DNA of 58,795 bases, filler included, from Sphacelaria rigidula (lineage: Eukaryota), in assembly GCA_964200075.2 (NCBI GenBank). It is 8 parts of 8 records of this genome, joined end to end, with 100 filler letters (N's around TTAATTAATTAA, not from the genome) between each part and the next. Parts side by side here need not be neighbours in the genome. Positions count along the whole stretch, not along the records: positions 22,087 to 29,348 come from CAXNAA020015722.1; positions 29,449 to 36,710 come from CAXNAA020015723.1; 6 more parts are not named here. The stretch is one strand, 5' to 3'. The notes under the pieces were generated by a model, which made no database searches, was not told the DNA's origin, and was given only the letters and a program-made list of their open reading frames with translations. The first letter of the stretch is position 1, and every line of letters starts with the position of its first letter. This document shows positions 24,153 to 36,189 of the stretch, piece after piece. A program made the position numbers and the translations under genes.

Positions 24153-24859
24153 AGTGTTGGGATGGTCGAATGCACTACTGTTTGTGGACAGGTTGTCGTG
24201 TTTGGCGTCGTTGATTGAGGTGTCTGCCGCTGCACGGTCAGGTGCTTGAGGAGGAAGATGATGTGATGCCATCGGGGGGTTTTGCTGTGCGGGACTGTAT
24301 GGCTGTTCCCGCTTCGCCTCTCGTTTCCTCTGAATAAATTACTGAAGCACAAGCGTTCGATAATGCCAATCATCTATTGGGGCAGGGGATTTGTGATGGT
24401 CAAATCTCAGCGTGTGTAGACCATGCTCATGGGACACCGGGCTGGAGGTTGTGAAACACAAGCAGCCAGCCGAAAAGATAACTGCAGGCTGCAAGTATTG
24501 ACACGAAACTTAAAATTACAGAGTCCGGCTTAGACAGCACTGCATCAAGCGGAAGGTAGACTCACTTCCGGGCAGAGACGCAGTCTTGGCTGGATAGCCA
24601 GCGAGAATTCTCCAAGTCGATGGCTAATGGCTTCTTTATTAGGCTTCGCTACCGGGTGGCTGAATGATAGTGACTAGGTAGCTGCAACTTGTGAGGGACT
24701 GGATGCGAAGAAAACCAAACTGGAATGCAACAATAGTAATCTGCGAATGGAATACGACATATTGCCCATACCATGCGTACTTCGAAACGCCTGCTACATA
24801 CAGGCTGGGTCGCCCAAGATGCGGGCAGGGATGTGAACACGCAATTCAACAGCTTAATT

Positions 24860-25445
24860 TCAAGTCGTTTTGTATGACATTTTGACACAATCTACAGAAT
24901 GTATGTGCAACGACTCCACTTTCTGCTCCCCACATTCAGTTATTTTCTCCGTGAGTTATTCACGAGTTTGTTCCGAAATAAACTGTTCTGAAATATTTGG
25001 TCGACGATATCTTACGGAGAAAATGAATAAATATAGGTGGCAGAGGGTGGAATCGTTGCACATATATCCTGTACAACGTGTCAAAATTTCATAGAAAACG
25101 ACCCAAAATTGGGTTTTTAAATCGCGTGTTCGTGTCGAAGACTGGTTCCTATGTAGAGATGAACCAGCCACGAAAAAATGAAACGCGGTTATGTTGTTCA
25201 ATTTCAAGCACTTTTCCACGAATAATTTGACACGATGCGCATGAGGTATGTTGTGAAGCCCCCAGTGTCCCCCCTCGACATTTTCTATTTTTTCAATAAG
25301 TCGTCGACGCTTTTGTACCAGGAAAAATCGCTCCGGAAATTAAATCATCAATAACTCACGAGGTGAAAAAAGAAGAGGGGGGAACGGTAGGGGCTTCACA
25401 TGTACCTCATGTATATCGTGTCGAAATTTCATGAAAAACGACTCG
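24860..25445. mobile_element. MITE-like region with two adjacent inverted-repeat units
   Basis: gtcgttttgtatgacattttgacac (24864) pairs with gtgtcaaaatttcatagaaaacgac (~25101). aatttgacacgatgcgcatgaggtatg (25224) pairs with catgtacctcatgtatatcgtgtcgaaatt (~25428). Confidence 0.6.
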
Positions 25446-26175
25446 AGAACCGGTTCACTTGCTTTTTGAGTACAACAACATTAGGCAGGACTTTGACGTT
25501 TTCTACAAGCGCGACGCCTTGGCGCGCTGGATGTCTCGTCTGCGTGCCATCTCAGACACTGCGCGCCTGCAGTACGATATGCATTGTTGTACAACCACAA
25601 CTAGTGGAGCACCATCACTTTGCGGCCGCGGCACAACCGACTGTAACCGTAAATGTGATTTCAAGCGTTTCCCCCCCTAATTGCGCCGCACATCTACCCT
25701 CAACTTTCTGCACTTCGCAGCTGACTATAGTTTGGTATTTCGTTTGATGGGAACTTGTCAGATCGCAGTTCTACGTAATGTGAAAGACGTGCGTTGATTT
25801 GCAGATCACCACGATGTGTCATAGTAGGCACAACTCGCGATAGATCGTCAGTTAGAACCGGCTGAAGGAAAGTCCGCTTCTTAGGCGGCCCAGCCTGTAT
25901 CATTAATATGAGAAACGGGGGCAACGCACAGCAGAGAGTATTGTCGTCATGCAACTGAACCCAGTATAACTTGACACCTACGACAGTCAGAACGGCACGG
26001 GGGTGCCTCACTAAGTACAAGCAAAAAACGCGGAAAAGTAAAAAGCGACTTGCTGGCTACAGCTTGAGCAGAACAAACACAACTCCAGGCAACACGAAGT
26101 CTCCCCCAACCAGGAAGAACAAAGTCCGTTTATCGACTTCAGCTGTGATATAGATGGAGTATAGCGAATGCATTG

Positions 26176-26664
26176 AACACGGGATCTTACAAATTGGGGA
26201 TGGATCTTTTATCGGGGGTGGGAAACCCGGAGAATTATAATCTTCGTATCCACACCAAATCTTCGTATCCACACCAAATCTTCGTATCTACACCAAATCT
26301 TCGAAATATGGTTCAATTTCTTCACCTACTGATAACTATTGACAACTGCTAGATGTCATAGAAGTTTGGATTTCGATCACCTAAATCTTGGGATCCTAGG
26401 TTGAAAACGAATTTCGGAACCATTTTGGCGTCCGTTCGGACACCCGAAATTCCCCAAAATTGGTTTTTGACCCAGGATCCCAACATTTAGGTGATCGAAA
26501 TCCAAATTTTCACGGCGTGTAGCAATTGTCAATAGCTATCAGTAGGTGAAGAAATGGAACCATATTTCGAAGATTTCGTGTGGATACGAAGATTTTAATT
26601 CTCCGGTAGTCTCATCCCCAATAATAAAAGACCCATCCATCCCCAATTTGTAAGATCCCGTGTT
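26176..26664. mobile_element. Palindromic MITE/foldback element
   Basis: Ends aacacgggatcttacaaattgggga / tccccaatttgtaagatcccgtgtt; the arms pair over ~230 bp. ATTG flanks both sides. A related fragment is at ~42190-42305. Confidence 0.85.
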
Positions 26665-29600
26665 ATTGGCTAGGGTCTCTGAATATGAGTGCCACGGGAT
26701 ACCACGGTTCTAGCTCACCAAGCTCCCAACGTGGGCACAATTATACAGACCCTAGCGCATCCATCAAGCACACAATACAGCAAGATGTTCATTATTCTGC
26801 TGGAAGATTGGAGACTCACATGTTGAACGCATAATATTATACCTACAAGCAGCTCTCTTACTCAGTACAGCCGAGGTGCAGTCATGGGACCAGAGCGTGG
26901 AGATGCGCCAGGGTAGCAGAAGTAAGTAGGCCAGCGAATAAGGAAAGCCACAAGTGTCAAGGGTGGGGCATGCGGCTTCTAGTCGCGCTGAACAACCCAC
27001 AGTAATGACAGTGACAAACGCGATACAACGCGTCACGGAACCCAGGGTCTACGAGCAGACCCGCACATCGTGATTTCTTGCAACGCCTGCGAGCTTCATC
27101 ACGGCTCACAGGTGTGTCAGACGACCTAACACACTCGCGATGCGCTTGTATTTAGGTAAAAACGGAGTCAATCAGTATTAGTGAGCGTTATTTATCGGTA
27201 ACAAGCGCGCTTGAACAACCGCTGCTGCTTTCAACGAAGATTTGAAGTGGAATTTCGTGGAAGAAATGGCCTGACCCCCCCCCGCCTCCCTCCGCCCATC
27301 GTAGGATGACTTGAGACCAGAAAAAAACGAAAAAAACGGAACAATACTTACCCCGCGAGAATGGAAAAACGAAAAAAGAAACAGAAAAGTAACTATAGAG
27401 GAACAAAACCAGGCCTGAAAAAAGGGAGACGGAAAAACGCAAGATGAAAGAAAACTAGAAACAACATACCAAGTCCACAATACGGAAAAATGATCCTTGG
27501 AAACACGAAAATGAGAAATAGGGACTGACACGAGGAGAAGGGTTGGATACGACGAAATCGAGACAAGAAAAGTGGAAGGAAGAAACAAAACACATGGAAT
27601 CCAGACCAGAAAACCGAACGGAGAAACGAAAAAAGAAATGAGGGACAAAAGGACAAATCCTAGCTGGAAAAAGCGAGAGAAGGAAAAACTCAAGAAGCCG
27701 GACCATGTCCCAGAAAAATAAATATAAAACATTGAAAGTAAATAAATAAATACACGGAAATAAAGACGAGATTTAAAACCGAGCTCATGATCCACGGAAA
27801 AACGCGAGTGAAAAAAGCCCTGAAGAGGGTAGAGACAGAAATACTGAACAGCTGCTCTAACCAAAAGGAAGAAACAGTACTGAAATACTGTCAATTTCTA
27901 CATGAAGAAAGGAAATATAATTCAGAACTGCTGCTCGCTCCTTTAGTGCAGCACAAAACGGTCTCCTACTCTCTCCCTCGTAGATTGATAATGCTACTCT
28001 CTACTTCGTTCGCTCAACGCCTTAGGCTCGCTCGTCTGGGCCACTTGCTTGAGCACTTTACGTGAAGACTCCTCGCAGTCCCCGTCGTCGTATCACGCTC
28101 CAGAATCGTTTGCCTCCGTAACACTAAGTAGTATAGTGGTCAGCACACCACACTGTGGCTGTGAAAACTCGAGATGAATTCTCGGAGTGGTCACCGTGTG
28201 ATGATCGAGTCTCAGCATGTGCAAACCATGCTCATGGGACACCGGGCTGGAGGTTGTGGAACACAAGCAGCCAACCGAAAAGATACTTGCAGGCTGCAAG
28301 CCTTGCACACCAGACTCAGGACCAGAGAGTCCGGCTTAGACAGCACTGCATCAAAGCGAAGGTAGACACACTTCCGCGGGAGAGACTTAGTCTTGGCTGG
28401 ATAGCCAGCGAGAATTCTCCACGTCGATGGCTGATGGATTTTTCATTAGGCTTCCCTACCGGGTGGCTGAATGATAGTGACTAGGTAGCTGCAAGTTGTC
28501 AGGGACTGGATGCGGACCGAACCAAACGGGAATGCAACAATAGTATGCGAATGGAATACGACCTATTGCCCATACCACGCGTACTTCGAAACGCCTGCGA
28601 CATATGCAGCCGATTGCTGACATCCGCCGTATCAGATTTATCGCACTGGTTCGGTGGTGCGAGTATAACGTTTGGTGGCACGCTGAGCGGCACTGTGGAG
28701 GTACTAGATGTAGCTGGACCGATGGTATGCGCCGCGAGTGTTCGAATGGAAACATTGGGCTATGGACACTTTCTGCGATAGCCCCCCCCCCCAAAACGTT
28801 GTTGGTTTGGGCAGGCAAAATCTGCACGTAAATCGAAGTGGAAAAAGCCGAGGACAACGATTGGCTGGAAATTCTCATTCTCGGGTTCGTTTTCGACAAT
28901 GTCGCTCATATGAGGCGCTTAATGCAGCGTGAAACCAGTAATCAGGCGCTGTATGACCATTTTCTTCGTCACGAGTTTGAGATGGTTTCGGGCGGGATGA
29001 TTTTGTGGTCCGATTGCCGCTGTTTCTCTGGAGTGGGCTTAAGGGCTACACGGAAGGCATTACTTGAGGTGCTTGCTGGTGGTGAGCGCAGAGTTGGCTG
29101 ATGCTGGGGAGCAAGTGCTGACGTGATTGAGTGCTTGTCGAGATTGTGACTGATGAAACACGAAAATGACTATATTCTTTAATCATTCGGGTACGGTTGC
29201 AGTTTGTTGCGGTGTTTTTTGTAGACCTGAATATAAAAGTGGATCCTGGACAATGGGGTTGATCTTTCAAATGAGTCATCCTACGATAGGGGGGGGGGGG
29301 TATTTGGTTGCACGAAAAAAGAGGCTCATAAGTGTGTCAGACATCCTTNNNNNNNNNNNNNNNNNNNNNNNNNNNNNNNNNNNNNNNNNNNNTTAATTAA
29401 TTAANNNNNNNNNNNNNNNNNNNNNNNNNNNNNNNNNNNNNNNNNNNNGGCGTAACAGTTGCGTGGGTACCCCTTGGACCAGCGATCAGCTTTTTCCTCC
29501 TTTTGGGCAATCAGGCTGAAGAAATCGTGAATTTGGTGATTTTTGAGTCGTGATGATTTGTCCTAACCGTGGAATACTGTTCTCTCTTCTTGAATGCCAG

Positions 29601-30379
29601 CTTGCTCTGTGGCTTTATTATCTTCTTCGGTTCAGAGTTTGCCCATACTTGCCGCTACGTGAGATTGGATACTAAGCGCTACTCTCGCCACCATCACGAG
29701 CGATGCTCAGACGGGGGGGTAAATATATCGCAGACACAGACACTTGTGAGGGTTCGGTCGAAGGTTCAATTCTACACCTGTCGAACATGCCACACATTCG
29801 ATGTATCAACCATCTGCACAATCAAGAGTCATTCATGGGTGTCATCCATTCTGAGGCCGTTGGACCGGGGTGAGGTTCTCGCGTGTCGTGGAAACTGGCG
29901 AGGGCTGGAGGCGCTTGTTTGGGCTGATAGCCCACTCTGTTTCAGAAAATACTCCCAACCAAGGCCATCGATTGAAAAAAAATTGCATCATCTGCGCCAA
30001 AACCACAGCTACAACTTCGGTGCTTGAACTTTTTCAACACACCAGGATCCGAGTTTAATAATGAATTAAGTGGAAACAAATACTCGGAGTAGTTTTTTTG
30101 CGATTTTCTCGATCACCATGAGTTCTTTCGCCAAACTGAGCACCAACGTTGTAGCTTACACAAATACACGCCGGCGAGTAGCCGAGGCACGCCGTGGTTC
30201 GTAGTCCGGGACGAGAAAACTTCGAAACCGTGAAATGGACACTCCACTCGAATCGGAAGTGCTTTGGGTGATTTTACGGCGTGCATATTCAGGGGATGAA
30301 CAAGATCTGCGGTATGTTCGTGCTTTTGGTTGGTGACACTTTCTTTGCTTATTTTGGGGGGTCAGGCGCGCCCATAATA

Positions 30380-31790
30380 GTGTACGCTTGGTTCACCTCG
30401 TGTGAATGGAAGGTGGGGAATATGTACCTATTATTCATGCAGCATTGATGGATGGGGAGGAATATGTACACATGATTCATGGCGTATGAATGGAAGGTGG
30501 GAAACGTATACCCATGGTGCATACCATACGGATGTAATATGGGAAGCGTTGTACCTAGGATTCACTCAATAAAATTCCAAGGTGGCAACCGTGTACATTC
30601 GTCAGCGTATCGCACGAACCACGAACTAGGAATGTGTACACTCCCAAGTAGTTTCGCACGAATCACGAACCCGAAATATGCACGAACTACAACTTGTGTA
30701 CGAATCGTATGATTAATTCGTACACATGCAGATGCTGAATATGAGTCGAATGATGATTGTATTCGTCTGAACCGTGCTACATCGGCGAAATACAGGTCTT
30801 GATGGCTTGGTTGCTCTTGAGGTGCGATGTGGTACGCCGAGGCGGTGGTGGTGGACTTGGCCAGCGGCTATGGGTACCGACTCCTGCCGACAAGATCACG
30901 GACAGATGCGATCCGCTTCCATGACACCCTCCGTTTCTCGTGTTTGAAGAAGCGGGGCAAACATACGTGGATCTTCCTTTTGCTTGTTTCTGCCCGTTGC
31001 CATCTTGGGGAGGGAGAAATGACCTTGTGTGGCGGTTTGATATTGTTGAGACATCCTCTAGACGTGATAAATTATTATTAGCGCGAGCAGTGGTTTACAT
31101 ATTTCACCATGGCTGAGGCGTTAAATGCGATTGTTTTGCTTTTGCAGCATGGTGCTGGAGTCGAGAGGTAACATATTTTACAGCGCGTGAAGCACATGTA
31201 GCCAGCCTTGTGCACATGATAACACAATATGAAGATGTTTTGTACCCATCGATTGACGGTCCTCTCATCCTTTATCGGCTGTCCAGATTGAGGGGAAAAT
31301 GTCGCACGGTTTGGACAAATGAAATCGTGATTCGACTCATGTTCAACATTTGGACGAATCAAGTATACGATTCGTACACACGTTGTGATTCGTACATATT
31401 TCGTGATTCCTGCGACACCGCTTGAGGTGTACACATTCCCAGTTCGTGGTTCGTGCGGTATACCGTCAAAGGTACACATTTCCTACCCTACATTCGTATG
31501 GCGTCAATCATGGGTACATGTTTCCCAATTTACATTCATTCAGCATGAATTATGGGCACACGTTCTCCACTTTTCATACGAAGTGAATCAAGCGTACATG
31601 TCTCCCAATTTCTTTGCATGCAGCATGAATAATACGTACATGTTCCCTGCCTTATTTTCATACAAAAGAAACAAGTGTACATGTTTCCCACTTTTCATTC
31701 ATGTAGCGCGAATCATGCGCACATGTTCTTCATCTTCTGTTCATATGATTTAAATCATGTGAAAATGTTGTTTCCCCCTCGTCACATCAT
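30380..31790. mobile_element. Foldback-like element with 42-bp repeat arrays in its arms
   Basis: ~30380-30785 is an inverted, diverged copy of ~31300-31700 (e.g. tgtgtacgaatcgtat / atacgattcgtacaca). Confidence 0.6.
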
Positions 31791-32214
31791 GAGGCGCAAC
31801 TCTTCGGCAGCGCGGCCCTGTTGCAGGTAGGGTAGGCAAACAAGAGCGTACAGGTCGCGAACCCAAGAAGCTCAATTTCAAATGCTGTACTCACACGGAA
31901 CACATCAACAATGGTAGTACAACACACGCGTCTGCGTGCCCAGAGCGGGATTTCTAGCCAATTCTTTCCTCGGGCTATGCTATTGACAGCCTTTGTGGTT
32001 TCATGCTGTGTTCTGTGGTACAGTTGACTGAATATACCGTTTACAATACCACGAACACTTGCGAAGAACACAGCACCAGCACGAGTTGTCCTCGCATGCT
32101 CGGGCGAGTTTTTGGCGAAATTTCGACGAATACTCTGCAGTCCGCGGGCAGCACGGTACAGCATGGCACAGCACGCATCTGCGCGCCTGGAGTGAATCTT
32201 TTACCTCTTCATTT

Positions 32215-32590
32215 TCCTATGATCCATACTGCATGAATCGTGGAGTTTTCTACACCTTGTGTTCGTGAGCATAAATCACAGATAAATGTTTCCCACCTTC
32301 CATTCATACGAGGTGAATCAAGTATACATGTATCTCCTCTTTTCATCCATGCAGCATGAATCATAGGCACGCATTCCGAACCTTCTGATCATATGAGGTG
32401 AATCCCACGGACATGTATCCCAATTTCCGTTCATGCAGCATGAATCATACGTACATGTTCTCCGCCTCCCATCCATACGAGGTGAATCAAGCGTGCGTGG
32501 TTCCCTATCTCCGTTCATGCAGCATGAATCGTATGTACATATCCTCTACGATTCATACGAGATGAATAGAGTGTACATGATTCCTACCCA
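32215..32590 (+). repeat. 42-bp period array alternating CATACGAGGTGAATC / CATGCAGCATGAATC
   Basis: TGAATC recurs at 32314, 32357, 32399, 32441, 32483 and 32525. Confidence 0.85.
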
Positions 32591-33829
32591 AGATTTAGAC
32601 AGGAAGTGTGATTCGTACATATTTTGCACTCTTGATTCGTCTGATACTACTTGGAGCCTACACATTCCAAGCCTATGATTTTGTGCGGTATGATGTTGAA
32701 CATGCGATTTCACCATCCGCGATTCATTTTGGATGACCTTTTGGTACATGATTCGCGTTCAACATCGATGAGGAGTCAACCCGTATGAACTCTGATTCGT
32801 CCGAACCGTGGAATGTCGACATACGCAGCCATCCACGGATCCGTGAATTGGGTGATATTCGGCTACCCCGAGTGAATCCAAGTGCGTACGTGGTATACGT
32901 GGTTTGGAAGGGTACACTCATGTGTTTTGGTCACCAGGGGAAAAGCTTGGTATAGTAAAAGTAGAGATGCATAACTCGACCGCAGAATCGAGTTCTGTCC
33001 TTGAAAATAGGATTGGATTACAAAGGCAGTCAAAAGTAGTATCAGACTGTTTCGCTGAAGTTGAGGTGGGGCAAGGACTTGAATTGATTGACGGTACGAT
33101 ACTTCAATCCACTTCACGGTTTGGGTATCGAGGCAACATATCGCCAAGTCGGTCAAAACTTGCCACTGCGCAGTTGATGTTGCAGATTCGTATTTTTTCG
33201 GTGTGGTTCACTTTTCGAGTTGAATTTCACATTTTGCTTCAACATCTTTCCCCGAGGAAAGAGTTGCCAATGTGCGGAGGGTGTTTGTTTCCGAGTAAGT
33301 TATGGCCTACAAGCCGCACGGGACCCGGGGCTGCGCCCCGGTACCGTCCGTCTTTTTCGAGGGCCGGTATTCTTGCCTCGCCAAACCCTTGTGTGAATGG
33401 ATCCCCTCTCGAAATGTTCATGCACGACGGAAACATTCAGCAATGAATCTCGTGGACGCCTAGTTACAAAGTATGCTTCACGCTCGTGAGTTCGAAATAT
33501 TTTATACATATCCTACAAGCCGGCCCTGCCCGGCTCTTTAGGCGAATCGGGTGTATCGTTGCCAAGCCCTCGTGATAATTTTTTTTTCTTCCGCGATTTT
33601 CATCATGGAGTACAACAAAACGCACGAAACAGTTCACACGACCACGGTCATGACTGGTGAACAAAAGTGCATGAAAAAGATAGTAGACCGTGTCGACAGA
33701 AATGTTCGAGCCTTATCACTGGCGAGGTCGGGGAAGCTCCGGCCCCGCCCATTTGTGGGAATCGATCCTCCCCTCAAAGTTAAAGCACGTCGTATGGTAG
33801 TGTGCGCCTGACCTATTCATTTTGTAATT

Positions 33830-34330
33830 TGTTCGTAGCTTTCTTCGGAGTTGGCGATTTCCTTAGGCTCTTTCGGTTGCCACCGCTTATCACAAGAAAA
33901 AATAATCATCTGTACTCCACATTGAGTGACTTAACGGCAGACCGATCATCGGGGGTCCTAACACGTTCCAGCCCAGATTCTGACTGTTCGGTGTTTTCGG
34001 TCGATTGAGCCTATCCCGATCATATTCGTGAAGAAATGTACATTTTTTTTTCATTTTACCTATACTCAATCCGCTAGGGCCGAAAACTGTGATTTACGGT
34101 CAGTAACACCCTCCAGATAAACGGGGTATCCACTCGTATCGCCCGATGACATCAACTGACACTAACCTTGGCACTGGGGGGGGAGGACGCTCTGTTTATT
34201 TACCAAATTCTACCGACGCTGGCAGTTTCGAGTTCTGTCGAAGAGTAGTCGCGAGAAGAAACTTTTCTGAACAAAACATAGCTCAGGCGTCCAGTACTGT
34301 ATAACAAAACACACCAAGATTTCTCCAGGA
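33830..34330 (+). repeat. Dispersed ~500-bp repeat, second copy inverted at ~50010-50520
   Basis: cgcccgatgacatcaactgacactaaccttggcactg matches the reverse complement of cagtgcccaagtcagtgttagttggtgttatcgggcg. The tgagtgactta and tcccgat blocks are also shared. Confidence 0.75.
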
Positions 34331-35519
34331 TTGCGGGTATGAACGGCGTGCAGAAGTTATGACAATCATAGATTATTGGCACAATTATCGGCCCCGCCCG
34401 TTTGTGGGAAATGATACTCTTGACAAATTGCTATTTTTTCATATAATAAATGACATGAGAACTTCTCCAGGATTGCGCGGATATGAAGGATGTGCAAAAG
34501 TGATGACCAACATCACTACACGACCGGGTCACGGCGGCTAAAGTAGTGAGTAAAACCGGAAACGTCATGCATCCTCGCAAACAATCATTTATCCTCGCGT
34601 AAACACACTCGAGTGGGTCACAGGCTGACGTGAACTCGTCATCACTCGACCGTGGTTCGAATCGTTTTTCGACGGTTGTCTTTCCGGTAGTGATGCAAAC
34701 ATGAAGGTTCTGCTGCACTACGGGTATAAACGTCGAGCAAATGTGAGAACAAAAATAGTTGAGCTCAAGGGAGCAATCATGCTGCGGGCTTCGTACTCGA
34801 TATGGAGACGATGATGAGTCGTTACAGGCGTGCAGACAACATCACCGTGATGGTGTGCTTGCTGAGTGGACATATGAGTTGGCGTTTGTGACATTTTGAG
34901 TTCGTGTTATGCAGCAGTGATAGCGAAATAGCAACCTGTGCCCGATTTCCATTTTGTTGGAGTTGCCGCCCCATTGACGTGTTCGAAGAGAGCCAGTTTG
35001 TTGCGGCTGTATCAATCATAACATCATAACAGCAACGGTATGTTTGCTGGGTTGACATATGAGTCGACGTCTGTGACATGATGGATAAGCATCGCCGTAC
35101 TGTACTCATGCTGTCTGTAGTACGCCGCAACGAGTGTACTGCAGCTTGTCAAGATTTCGGCGTAAGCACCCACACCCGAATAAAATCGCACGACGTTACG
35201 TTAGAGCACTGTACTGTCTGAACTACAGTAGGCACTGCTCCTTGTGCGATGTCGTGACACACGTCCATGTGGTGTGCTGCACTTTGCCGCAGTACTGTAC
35301 ACAATAGATTGCTCTGCTTAGCAATCGCGCTTCCAATTTTCTATTTTCCTTTTCCTTTGTTAGGCTACTTGTTATGCTTCTTATTTATCGAAAAAAATTT
35401 AACTTATTGAAAAGTGCGTTTTTGACCCTTCTCCGTCGTTTTTGCCCGAGACAAGGGTTCAGCGGATGTCGACACCTCAAACCTTTCCAGAGCACCTTTG
35501 CGTTTTCCGTAGGTCACAG

Positions 35520-35730
35520 TGTAGTGAGTGAGAGGACCGCGTGCTTAGAGGACCGCACCGTAGCTCGAAGCACCTCAGTATCGACGTTTTCCAAAACCTA
35601 TCGGGCCAGTCTCAGCAGGTACCACGACCCTGACCCCAACACTAACCCTAACCCTAACCCTAACCCCAACCATAAGGATGTTCAACTTCCGACGCGGTCC
35701 TCCAAGCACGCGGTCCTCTCACGCATTACA
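35520..35730. mobile_element. Small MITE with internal (CCCTAA)n
   Basis: ~37-bp TIRs tgtagtgagtgagaggaccgcgtgcttagaggaccgc / gcggtcctccaagcacgcggtcctctcacgcattaca. Telomere-like run at ~35627-35671. Confidence 0.8.
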
Positions 35731-35805
35731 ATAGTTTCGTTCTTGGCCAAAAAATAGGCAGTACAGATATGAGTAGGAATTGCAGATTTTCGGTACTGTA
35801 CACAT

Positions 35806-36189
35806 TAGAGCTCGAAAATGGTTTGTCTAACCATTGATCAGTTACACGTAACAACTCATTAACCAGTTAAATGGTACATAATGGTTTGGTCATCGAGCGG
35901 CGCAGCCGCGGGCCAAAAAGAGCCCCGGTAAAGCGGACCCTGCCGGAGGCGCCCCCGGCCCGGGAGGCGCGTTTTTACACGATTTGGCTTGACGAGAGCT
36001 AAAAAATACGTCCAATTTGGGCCACATTTCAAGGGTTGTGTGTAGCATACGTAGCCGGTATCGGCTTATAAAGCCGGTAACGGTAAATAATGGTTTGAGA
36101 GCGTTATCCAAAATTTCCATACAACCATTACCATTATTACCATTATAATGATAATGGCTAGTTATAACTGGTACCATTTCCGAGCTCTG
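35806..36189. mobile_element. hAT-like MITE
   Basis: TIRs TAGAGCTCGAAAATGGT / ACCATTTCCGAGCTCTG with subterminal AATGGT/ACCATT repeats. The 8-bp flanks match at only 5 of 8 positions. Confidence 0.65.

Larger units (their letters stand above)
24394..28605 (+). repeat. Pair of ~400-bp direct repeats (24394-~24800 and 28199-~28605), unclassified
   Basis: Both share ccatgctcatgggacaccgggctggaggttgtg...ggctggatagccagcgagaattctcca...gtacttcgaaacgcctgc. Confidence 0.8.

Noticed and set aside
27178-27894. 238-aa Phe-rich 'membrane protein' ORF
   Set aside because: A by-product of an A-rich low-complexity tract; several overlapping frames are equally open.
32215-32590. CRISPR-like regularly spaced palindromes
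   Set aside because: The linkers are related to each other (tacatgttc-like) rather than unique spacers, the repeats are short and degenerate, there are no cas genes, and the context is eukaryotic.
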